Notes: a model not told the origin generated them from the sequence alone. Positions 10,458-18,997 are shown, counted from the first letter of the stretch. The stretch is 56,183 bases of DNA from Candidatus Heimdallarchaeota archaeon (GCA_019056785.1 DXJV01000061.1:1-56183); one strand, 5' to 3'. A program made the numbers and translations.

Positions 10458-10797
10458 TATTTTTCACCTAACCTCTGGTAAAATAAATAAAAAGGATGAC
10501 TTCTTTTATCATCTCTTTTTGAAGAATGAATAATGGTAATGAGTCTTTTTACCGACATTGTACTGCATCGATGAAGTTTTCCGAAATGCACATTTTTCTT
10601 CTTAAAAAGTATTTTCATACCTAATAAAATCAAACAGTTCTTCCTTCTCATAAGAAATTGTTTGCTTTTCCCTTTAGCAGGAAACTGAAAAAAGAGCTCC
10701 TTTTTCTCCCCTCCTAGCATGCTATATTGCCTTCTCTCCCAACTCAACTTGTAGCTATTCCTCCGGTTTTTATGAAAAAAAGAAAGCTGAGAGGCGG

Positions 10798-11967
10798 TCA
10801 TTTATTTTTGCTTGCCTCTTTAATTTTCTCGAATATTTCTGTTGGCGTATGTACGCTTCCGCCCAGCTTGCTTGAAAGTATCACCGGAATGTCTCTTGCT
10901 GCTGCTTCTTTCACTTCTTTGATGACTTGTCCATTATTTATTTCTGCCACCACAATTACATCCACTTTCTTGGAATACTCTCTTAATACCGGAATTGGGA
11001 ATGGCCAAATAGTTATCAAACGTAACAATCCTGCTTTGATTCCCTTCTTTCGAGCGAGATCGACTGCTCCTTTTGCTGACCGTGAGGTAATACCGTAGGA
11101 AACCACCAGTATCTTTGCATCTGACGTTTTGTATTCCTCAATTCTCCGAATTTTTTCTTCGTTCAATAGTATTTTGTCGCACAACCGCTTTACTAATTTC
11201 TCCTGCGCGTCTGCGTTGATTTCCGGGTAGCCTCGTTCATCATGTGTTAATCCCGTGACAAACACATTGTATCCTTCTCCTGCCGTGGCCATTGGAGGAA
11301 TCAAATCATCATCAGGCTTGTATGGCAAATAGTTTTTCTTGGAGCCTTTGGGCTTCTTTCGATTTATGACTTTTATCTTGCTTTTTGGTGGGATGACAAC
11401 CTTTTCGAACATGTGGCAAATGGATTCATCTGTTAGCATGATTACTGGGACACGATATTGCTCTGCCAGATTGAATGCTTCTATAGATAGATCAAATGCT
11501 TCTTGCACTGAATTTGGTGATACAGCGATTATTTCATAATCACCATGTGACCCCCATCTTGCTTGCATGACATCTCCTTGTCCGACTAAGGTGGGCAAGC
11601 CTGTTGAAGGGCCACCTCGCTGAACATTTACGATTAAACAAGGTGTTTCGGTCATAGCGCCTAAACCGATGTTCTCCATCATTAGTGAGATCCCCGGCCC
11701 AGAAGTTGCCGTCATTGCCTTTTTACCGCCCCAAGATGCCCCTAACACAGCTGCTATGGATCCTAATTCGTCTTCCATCTGAATGAAGACACCATTTACT
11801 TGTGGAAGCCGATAAGACATTCTCTCGGCAATTTCACTCGAGGGAGTGATAGGATAACCTCCAAAAAAGCGGCAGCCGGCAGCAAGGCAACCTTCAGCTA
11901 TGGCCACGTTCCCACTGATGAAATGCTGCCCGGTTAAAACGTCTTTTGCAGATGCTTTTTTACTCAT
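10798..11967 (-). CDS. korA: 2-oxoacid:ferredoxin oxidoreductase alpha subunit
   Basis: GYPITPSSE, QMEDE, TATSGPG, QRGGPSTGLPT, QARWGSHGDY. Confidence 0.9.
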   Translation of the reverse strand: MSKKASAKDVLTGQHFISGNVAIAEGCLAAGCRFFGGYPITPSSEIAERMSYRLPQVNGVFIQMEDELGSIAAVLGASWGGKKAMTATSGPGISLMMENIGLGAMTETPCLIVNVQRGGPSTGLPTLVGQGDVMQARWGSHGDYEIIAVSPNSVQEAFDLSIEAFNLAEQYRVPVIMLTDESICHMFEKVVIPPKSKIKVINRKKPKGSKKNYLPYKPDDDLIPPMATAGEGYNVFVTGLTHDERGYPEINADAQEKLVKRLCDKILLNEEKIRRIEEYKTSDAKILVVSYGITSRSAKGAVDLARKKGIKAGLLRLITIWPFPIPVLREYSKKVDVIVVAEINNGQVIKEVKEAAARDIPVILSSKLGGSVHTPTEIFEKIKEASKNK

Positions 11968-11990
11968 TTACTTTCGCCTTGGTTCAATTG

Positions 11991-12305
11991 TTATTTTTTT
12001 TCTTTCTTTTTGTTCGCGGCTTTGTCACCGCCCTCTTCTATTTTCTCGAGGAAAATTGAAAATTCTGGGCATATCAATTCACAAAAACCGCACTTCGCGC
12101 AATCATCCATCGTTGCGCCATCCTTTAATTTTGGTGGGTGATACCCCTTTGCATTGAACTCACTTGAGCTCTCCAAAATCTGCGTCGGACAAAATGTAAT
12201 GCAGAACAAACAGCCTTTACATCTATCCTTAACAATACGCAATTGCCATTTTTCCTGTTTCTCAAATTCCGGAGGTATAAAAGATATTGCTTTTTTCGCT
12301 GTCAT
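11991..12305 (-). CDS. korD: 2x[4Fe-4S] ferredoxin-like delta subunit
   Basis: CKGCLFCITFCP, FNAKGYHP, CAKCGFCELICPEF; ATG at 12305 (TTG at 12317 is an alternative start). Confidence 0.88.
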   Translation of the reverse strand: MTAKKAISFIPPEFEKQEKWQLRIVKDRCKGCLFCITFCPTQILESSSEFNAKGYHPPKLKDGATMDDCAKCGFCELICPEFSIFLEKIEEGGDKAANKKKEKK

Positions 12306-12544
12306 TTGCAAACGCAACAGTAAAGGTTAGTGAACGACTCTTAGAAAACTTTCCATTAAAAAATTATTCGATATGATTCACTTTTGTAGTGAATAAATTA
12401 CTTTCCCGAGAAGCTAATAATAAAGCAGCAGATCTTCTGAAAAGAATAGCCGAAGAAATTATATTGCGGGTAGTTCTTACGAGTCTGGATAGAACATATG
12501 ATGGCAGAGTATTGTACCTACTATGCTTTGTCTATATAAATACG

Positions 12545-12652
12545 GTATGTAAAGAATGTAAGGTATGTAAAGAATGTAAGGTATGTAAAGAATGTAAGGT
12601 ATGTAAAGAATGTAAGGTATGTAAAGAATGTAAGGTATGTAAAGAATGTAAG
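12545..12652. repeat. Perfect tandem repeat, 6 x GTATGTAAAGAATGTAAG (two alternating 9-mers)
   Basis: Read directly; identical copies with no spacers. Confidence 0.98.
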
Positions 12653-12686
12653 GATGGTCATAAAAATACTAATGCCTTTCTCTTTT

Positions 12687-13616
12687 TCAGTTAGCAACAT
12701 CCAGAGGATAGAGAAGTGTAATAGTCTTTTTTAAGCTTTCAGGGGTAGTGCAATAATCTTTGACGAGTTGCAGAATATTCTTGGCGATTTGTATTGCTCG
12801 TGGCACAGAATCATTTTGATTGACAATCAGAGCAATAACATAGCCCTTTTGCTTCACTAAAACAATTTTGTATTTATTGTGTTCTGTCACTTCTTCAGCC
12901 GTCTTATGTATGCGCATCACCCGAGAGAAAATAGTTGCCTTTCTTCTGATGTGATGTATTGTTGTAATTAACGAAAGGTCAGGCTTAGGGGTAAGAATTA
13001 CGTCCATTAGATCGCTTGTCTCTTCACAGAGGGTTACACAGGCTGCAATATGAACATAATCGATTATTCTTTCACGTTGTTTAAAGAGCGTTTTAGTCAG
13101 CCATTCTTCTATGGTGTACATGCCTTCACCAGTTTTCGCAGAAAATTTAAAGAGGTCGCAATGACAGCGGGTCCTCTTATCAAGCTCCACAACTTCTAAA
13201 GTGTCAAGTAATTCATCAATTGAAATTGACTTGCTTGAATCTGCCTTTGAACCAAGAATCAACAGTCGGTCGGGTAAAACCTCCTCAATTAAAGCCCATA
13301 ACAGTTGCTTATTAAGAGTGAGATGAGCACGGTCTGTGGAATCAACAATAAAAAATAGAACATTCGCACCTAAAATAGCTCGCTTCCATAACGAATGGTC
13401 GCTTGGGAGGGAGTCTATAATATCCCAAGTCAATAAAGTAAGATTCTCATGTACATAGAGCTTCAAACCTAAAGATTCTTGCGTGGATATTTGAAGAAAA
13501 TCTTCAGTTTGCAAAATACGTTTAACTAACTCGGTCTTCCCAGCATTTTTTAACCCAATAATTGCAATTGAAATTTTGTTCTTAACTTTAGAGATTAAAG
13601 TTTTCAAGGAAGACAT
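12687..13616 (-). CDS. Arf/Rag-like small GTPase fused to a C-terminal ~130-aa roadblock/longin-like domain
   Basis: G1 GLKNAGKT, degenerate G3 WDIID, FIVDSTD, G4 SKAD, G5 FSAKTG; alpha/beta C-terminal module. Confidence 0.75.
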   Translation of the reverse strand: MSSLKTLISKVKNKISIAIIGLKNAGKTELVKRILQTEDFLQISTQESLGLKLYVHENLTLLTWDIIDSLPSDHSLWKRAILGANVLFFIVDSTDRAHLTLNKQLLWALIEEVLPDRLLILGSKADSSKSISIDELLDTLEVVELDKRTRCHCDLFKFSAKTGEGMYTIEEWLTKTLFKQRERIIDYVHIAACVTLCEETSDLMDVILTPKPDLSLITTIHHIRRKATIFSRVMRIHKTAEEVTEHNKYKIVLVKQKGYVIALIVNQNDSVPRAIQIAKNILQLVKDYCTTPESLKKTITLLYPLDVAN

Positions 13617-13684
13617 TTTACTACAAACACACTCTCAAGTCAATCTTTAACAACTGTTCGCCAACAGGAGGCATTTTACACAAA

Positions 13685-13752
13685 AGAAGAAAAAGGCTAG
13701 AAGAAGAGGGACAACCCTCTATCCTGTTTATTCTGATGACAAAAAAGTCATC
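13685..13752 (-). terminator. Putative terminator of the proline-rich gene: two hairpins and a U-rich tract
   Basis: GATGAC-N6-GTCATC (13735-13752) and AGAGGG-ACAA-CCCTCT (13705-13720), then CCTTTTTCTTC on the minus strand. Confidence 0.45.
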
Positions 13753-14798
13753 TAACCTTCTTCGCTCATAAATTTCTTTAGACGAGCCAATTCTCGCAAC
13801 ATTTCCATTCTTAGTCCACTGATACTTTGGGTATCACTGTCGCTAGTAGCCGGAGCTGTGCCGGGTGAAGAAACACTTGTTGCTGTTGGAACAGGCGGGG
13901 GAACTAAATCAGAGGTTGTTGGAGGAGCAACTCGAGAGGGAGATGTTGTGGGGGCTTTTGGTGGCATGGGTGGTGTTGAAACTGTAGGAGGAGCGATGCT
14001 CGGTGGGACGACTGTCGTGGGCTTAGCAGTAGGAGGACCAACAGTGGGGATCTTAGGCGGTGTGGGAATCGGTGAAGAGGGTTTTGTTGGCGGAGTGCCC
14101 ATTTTAGGCGGCGCGGCAGTAGGAACCTTCGGAATGGAAGATACTCCTGATTGAGCTGTTGGAGGGGCACTGCGTCGAACCGGCGGGGCCGTGGCCGGAA
14201 TGCCCGGTGTTGGACTTGGAGGAGGGGGTGGAGGGGTCCTTTTTGAGGTAGGAGCTTTCGGCATAACTTTACCACGAATCCGATCTCTACTTTGCTCTAG
14301 TGTCTCAGCCAATGATTGGTATTCTTGAGCACCAGAACGCCGTTTCATATCGGAATCGATCTTTGCAATTCGTTGTTTATAGCGATTTGTTAAGGTACTT
14401 GCCACACGGGAACTTATCCGTTTATTTTTACTTGCGTCTTTTACTGCTGAAAGAGCAGTGCTGGCCGCCACACGTTCTATTGAAAGAATTGCCATAACTT
14501 CTTTTGGATCAGCATTTGTTGTCCCTGTGTCCAGCGATTGATCTGAAGACGCTAACGCCGCCAAAGCTGAAACGTCGACAGCTTTTTTCTTCTTCTTAGA
14601 AGTAGCAATCCATATAATGACTAAAATTATCACAAGGCCTAGCCAAACAAATGATGCCCAAATCATGGCATTAAGTGAGACATTAGGTACGATTTCGGGT
14701 AGATCGATTTTATCTATAAATGACAACAATATTTGCCCCTTTTTTATTTTGTATATTCTTTTTCTGGTAAAGGATAATTCTCCGTTTTTTATAATCAA
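13752..14798 (-). CDS. Single-pass membrane protein: helical hairpin (steadiness-box-like), long Pro/Thr-rich linker, C-terminal amphipathic helix
   Basis: TM WASFVWLGLVIILVIIWIA followed by KKKKK; RTPPPPPPSP; terminal LRMEMLRELARLKKF; true start is probably a TTG near 14729/14726. Confidence 0.8.
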   Translation of the reverse strand: MIIKNGELSFTRKRIYKIKKGQILLSFIDKIDLPEIVPNVSLNAMIWASFVWLGLVIILVIIWIATSKKKKKAVDVSALAALASSDQSLDTGTTNADPKEVMAILSIERVAASTALSAVKDASKNKRISSRVASTLTNRYKQRIAKIDSDMKRRSGAQEYQSLAETLEQSRDRIRGKVMPKAPTSKRTPPPPPPSPTPGIPATAPPVRRSAPPTAQSGVSSIPKVPTAAPPKMGTPPTKPSSPIPTPPKIPTVGPPTAKPTTVVPPSIAPPTVSTPPMPPKAPTTSPSRVAPPTTSDLVPPPVPTATSVSSPGTAPATSDSDTQSISGLRMEMLRELARLKKFMSEEG

Positions 14799-15054
14799 TT
14801 TAACTGCTCAATTTAATGTTGTTGACAGTTAAACGTTAATATTAGCTTGTAGGTTATTGATTGAGTTAAACCTTGGTTACATCTCTAACTAAGGTTTATT
14901 TCCTATCGAAACTAACTACAAACTCTTTATTAATTATTGTGTTTATGACATAAAAAAATCATTTGCTCTGGTTTTTATATTTGAATCCTATTTTGCCCGA
15001 CGAAACCCCTTTATGGCGAGAGAAAAAGGCAGAAAAAGACTCTAATCTTATAAA

Positions 15055-16062
15055 GTGTATTCTTTTTTATTTAAAAATGACTGGGAGAAGATGATGAAGA
15101 ACGACAATATCGCTACTGTTTTGGCAAGAGAATATGGCTATCATATTGGAATTATTGAACGCTTTATTAGCTATTTTGGGCTAGAGACAACCAAAAAAAT
15201 GCTGGAAGCATATAATGTCCCCCTCAAAAAAACAATTAGATGTAATACTCTAAAATACTCACCTCAAGAACTATTAGAAAGGTTAGAAAGAAAAGGGTTT
15301 CAATTAGAGAAAAGCCCATATTATGACTTAGGGTTTGTTATTCTTGCAGAACCTTTTCCATTAGGAGCAACAACAGAATATTTACTGGGGGGGTATTTCA
15401 TTCAATCCCAAGCCTCCTGGCTTCCTGTGCTTGCTTTAGAGGTTCAGCCGGGGGAGTTTATTATTGACTTTGCTGCAGCACCAGGTGGAAAGGCAACACA
15501 CATAGCTCAGCTAATGGAAAATCAAGGAGTTTTACTTTGTTTAGAGATCTCGAGGGAACGAATGAAGGCTCTGCGATCCAATTTAACTCGATGCGGAGTA
15601 AAAAATGTCATAACTAAGCGGATGGATAGCACAAGTTTCTGGGAACTCAACATTAAAGCAGATAAAATATTATTAGATGCCCCATGCACAGGTGAAGGCT
15701 TAATGGCGGTTGATCTCGACAGGAGGAAGAAGAGCGTGAAAAGTGATATGGAGCGATTGAATGAAATCCAAAAAGAACTTTTCGCATCCGCACTTCACTC
15801 TCTAAAAAAAGGAGGCGTTTTAGTTTATTCAACGTGTTCTACGGCACCAGAAGAAAATGAAAAAGTTATTGAGTGGGCTCTTGAAGAGTTTCCTATAGAA
15901 ATCCTTGAATTGCAGATTTCCAATATTGCTCCTGGTTTGCAAAAAGTCGTAAAAGAGGAATTCCAACCGGCAATACGAAAAACGGGGAGGTTATTCCCAC
16001 ATCTTCACGGAACCGAGGGATTTTTTGTGTGTAAGATCCAATTGGAGGAGGAAATAGACTAA
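15055..16062 (+). CDS. RsmB/NOP2-family RNA m5C methyltransferase
   Basis: DFAAAPGGKA, LLDAPCTGEG, VYSTCS, PEENE, EGFF. Confidence 0.93.
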   Translation: MYSFLFKNDWEKMMKNDNIATVLAREYGYHIGIIERFISYFGLETTKKMLEAYNVPLKKTIRCNTLKYSPQELLERLERKGFQLEKSPYYDLGFVILAEPFPLGATTEYLLGGYFIQSQASWLPVLALEVQPGEFIIDFAAAPGGKATHIAQLMENQGVLLCLEISRERMKALRSNLTRCGVKNVITKRMDSTSFWELNIKADKILLDAPCTGEGLMAVDLDRRKKSVKSDMERLNEIQKELFASALHSLKKGGVLVYSTCSTAPEENEKVIEWALEEFPIEILELQISNIAPGLQKVVKEEFQPAIRKTGRLFPHLHGTEGFFVCKIQLEEEID

Positions 16063-16608
16063 ATGAGTTTAGTGTTCAGAGAACTAACTAATGAAGAAGA
16101 AACAATTCTTCAAACAGAATTAGATTATTGGTTAGAAGAAAAAGAGCTATTGAGTTTTAAAAAGGAGAACAGCTTTCTTATTGCTGAAGGAAAATGGTGC
16201 GAGCTTGTAATTACAACAAAAAACGTTGAAAGGTTCTTCAAAGAGAATGCCCAAATAAGCCCTTATTCTATAGGAATCACTTTTGGCGAAATTAAAAACA
16301 GAAAAATTCTTTTGTCGCTTGGAGGAGCAGAGGAACTCTGCACGATAAGTAGAAAAAAACTAAGAATAAATGAAACTGCTGAACAATTGTTCCTTTACCA
16401 AAGAGATATTTTGAGTAAATCTATCATCGGGTATCCAACGCATGTAAACAAAGGGCAGAAAATTTTAGTGACAAACCCACAGGGTGATTGTTTAGGGGTC
16501 GGTCAACTGCTTCTCTCCAGAGAAGAAGTAGCAAGAGTAGAAAATGCAGAGAAAATAGCCGTCAAAAATCTGAAAGATTTGGGGTGGTATCTTCGGAAAG
16601 GAAAATAA
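16063..16608 (+). CDS. nip7: NIP7-like ribosome biogenesis PUA-domain protein
   Basis: AEQLFLYQRDI and C-terminal KNLKDLGWYLR; abuts the NOP2 homologue. Confidence 0.8.
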   Translation: MSLVFRELTNEEETILQTELDYWLEEKELLSFKKENSFLIAEGKWCELVITTKNVERFFKENAQISPYSIGITFGEIKNRKILLSLGGAEELCTISRKKLRINETAEQLFLYQRDILSKSIIGYPTHVNKGQKILVTNPQGDCLGVGQLLLSREEVARVENAEKIAVKNLKDLGWYLRKGK

Positions 16609-16633
16609 AGAGCTAAAGAGCATTACTGCTTTT

Positions 16634-17344
16634 TCAAGCGGTTTGCTCTGGAAAGGTAAATCGATCGATAAAAATAATCTCTCTATAGGCTGGCAGATAT
16701 TTGTTAATGTCAGCAGCAATTCGCATTTTTCGTAATTGAATGTACAAATCTTTTGTAGCGATTTCCTCTGGAATGGTTATTGTTACTTTATCTTTCTCAT
16801 CCTTAATTGTAAAAGTAGAAAGATCCACACCGGGCATCCGATAATCTATTAAAGCCCCGATCTTCTTTTTAGCAGATGAAATCTTCTCCTCGATTTTCCC
16901 TTCATAAACAATCGTTTTTCCCACTAAAGGATGATTGAAATCAACACGGACGCGACCGCCGACAACAGATTTAATGACACCTGTTTGATTTCCCCATTGG
17001 ATTTGTTTGCCAACAACAGGTACAATGTCTTTTGCAATTAACTCTTTTCTTCCGAGTAATTTGACTTTTGTATGGTCCCAATTACCAAATGTTTCTTCAG
17101 GTGGGATGGCAACCTTAAATTTCTCGCCAACTTCCTTACCTATCATCACATCATTGAGTCGTTTGAGAAACATCTCTTCATTTCCTACGACCATAAGCCT
17201 TGGGCCATATTGATTCTTTTCGTCGTAAATGTTGGCTCTTTTTGCAACTTTTTCATCGGTCGTTTCGATAATGCGAGCTGTTTCTTTAACTTTCAAAGTA
17301 AATGAAATACGGATGAAATCTCCGAGTTTTATTTTAGTGGCCAT
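16634..17344 (-). CDS. slyD: Long-type archaeal FKBP peptidyl-prolyl isomerase
   Basis: IETTDE, IPPEETFG, GGRVRVDFNHPLVGK. Confidence 0.9.
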   Translation of the reverse strand: MATKIKLGDFIRISFTLKVKETARIIETTDEKVAKRANIYDEKNQYGPRLMVVGNEEMFLKRLNDVMIGKEVGEKFKVAIPPEETFGNWDHTKVKLLGRKELIAKDIVPVVGKQIQWGNQTGVIKSVVGGRVRVDFNHPLVGKTIVYEGKIEEKISSAKKKIGALIDYRMPGVDLSTFTIKDEKDKVTITIPEEIATKDLYIQLRKMRIAADINKYLPAYREIIFIDRFTFPEQTA

Positions 17345-17447
17345 TTTTTTGGATTCCTGCCAGCTGATTATTTTTAATAATATTCTTTAGACCATTTGAG
17401 ACTACTACATTCAAAAGAGTTTTGTTGAATCAAGCAATTCTGTAAAA

Positions 17448-18428
17448 TTATCGTGTTAAAGAAGAATGATACGGGAATAATTTAAAAGTGTCAAAAAAGC
17501 AATAGGCTCTTGTTTTACTTTCTAAAGGAGTTGAATCATATAAAATCATTAAACGATCAAAAAGAGCTTCATTCACCACACCAAGACCAACAGCAGTAAA
17601 AGTGCCTGGTTTTAATTGAGTCTTGCCGGCGTCTTGTATCAAAGAACAACGAAGCTTTGATTTTCGTGCCTTGCGATAGATGCTCAAAAGGTTCTCCTCT
17701 GAGCATGTTGTCCAAATTTCAATTGGTTGAGAGTGAAAATCCCACTCGAGTTCACCTTCGCTTATTAGAGAAACCAGTGCATGAGCAGCTTGAGTGGAAA
17801 ATTTGCCCTTACCCATATGAATGTCTTTGCGCAAAACAATGCCAACCATATTATCTCCCAGTTTTTGCAACGTCCGAAATTTTACAGCCAAAATGCGATT
17901 ATTATGGAAAAAAGAAGCAATACTATTCTTACTCCAGTGCCCCTTGATTATTGGTTTAAGAATTTTCTCAGGTTCGCAAAAAGGGACATTTACTACAGAA
18001 AGGACATAACCATTACTGTTTTCACCAGCAATTTGCAATAATTGCGTTCCGTTAAATGAACAACCCATTTCTTTTACCACACGTCTAATAGCAACAGCAC
18101 AAAGACGTTCAATGGTTGTATCCTGAAGTGAAAAATCGGTTGTCGTGTTCATATCTAAGGGCGCCGTTTCATGAATGTCTTTAGTAGTTGAAAGCAACCA
18201 CTTAAAAACCTCGGGATTAGTTTTGAAGAAAAGAGAATAACTTCGCTCAACTAGTTTCATGAGCGAGTCTTTCGACAAAAGCTCTTTATCAAATTGATAA
18301 CTTAGAAGCCAATTGTTAGAACCAAAGCGCCGGTCCAGTTCAATGAGAGCAGATTTCTTAGGAGGACCAAGAAAAGATGGACGACCAAGAATAGCCCAGT
18401 CATTAATAAAAGCTTGAATACAAGTCAT
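17448..18428 (-). CDS. pth2: Uncharacterised N-terminal domain fused to a peptidyl-tRNA hydrolase 2 domain
   Basis: C-terminal VLRKDIHMGKGKFSTQAAHA and IQDAGKTQLKPGTFTAVGLG. Confidence 0.78.
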   Translation of the reverse strand: MTCIQAFINDWAILGRPSFLGPPKKSALIELDRRFGSNNWLLSYQFDKELLSKDSLMKLVERSYSLFFKTNPEVFKWLLSTTKDIHETAPLDMNTTTDFSLQDTTIERLCAVAIRRVVKEMGCSFNGTQLLQIAGENSNGYVLSVVNVPFCEPEKILKPIIKGHWSKNSIASFFHNNRILAVKFRTLQKLGDNMVGIVLRKDIHMGKGKFSTQAAHALVSLISEGELEWDFHSQPIEIWTTCSEENLLSIYRKARKSKLRCSLIQDAGKTQLKPGTFTAVGLGVVNEALFDRLMILYDSTPLESKTRAYCFFDTFKLFPYHSSLTR

Positions 18429-18601
18429 TTGTTTAACGCCGTAAAGAACATTTCACATTTCAGCACAATAATTTCTCTTTAAGATTTATTCCATGATATT
18501 GAAGAATTAAAATTTTTGTAAAAAAAAAGCAATCAAGAAAGTTGCGTACGCTACTATCAAGGAGAAACGGTTTTTTTAAGCAGAACGAGATAATTTTGTC
18601 A

Positions 18602-18895
18602 TTAAATGGTTGGTGGATGTCTTTGTAGTTCTTGCTCTTTTGCCATGATCTTCAATTGGTCCTTTGTAAATTTGACCTTTACTGTCCCGTCCGGCAACAA
18701 TTTTGCATCACGTGTTCTTACTTTCACTTTTGTAGCAGGGCCGATCTTAATTTTTCGTTCTAAAGTTATCTCAATAAAATCAACATTAATCTTTTCATAG
18801 CGCTCCCGGATAATCTGTGAAATTATTCCAACTTTATTATCATTTGAATCGAATACACTTTTGGATTTTAACATCTCTGGAGTTACGCGACTCAT
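18602..18895 (-). CDS. Small PRC-barrel domain protein
   Basis: LKSKSVFDSNDNKVGIISQI matches the PRC-barrel N-terminal pattern (LxGxxVxdxxGxxvGxV). Confidence 0.65.
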   Translation of the reverse strand: MSRVTPEMLKSKSVFDSNDNKVGIISQIIRERYEKINVDFIEITLERKIKIGPATKVKVRTRDAKLLPDGTVKVKFTKDQLKIMAKEQELQRHPPTI

Positions 18896-18997
18896 GGAAA
18901 GTCCACCTTCTAAAACACGCTTGTGCTTAGCCTCAGATAGATTAACAGTTATAATACTTTTTGATTGATTAAAAAAATACTCATTTCGGCAAAATGG

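Noticed and set aside
1-12305. Evidence for methanogenesis
   Set aside because: Hdr/Mvh, Mch and Ftr also occur in non-methanogens; no mcr or mtr in the window
12545-12652. Possible CRISPR array
   Set aside because: Repeats are head-to-tail with no spacers, and there are no cas genes
12389-12694. 101-aa Cys-rich ORF as a confident gene
   Set aside because: Its Cys pattern comes entirely from the perfect DNA repeat, with no synonymous variation; GTG start with no support; kept only as an alternative in the findings
13858-14275. Gly/Val-rich and alternative-frame ORFs
   Set aside because: Shadows of the proline-rich coding region
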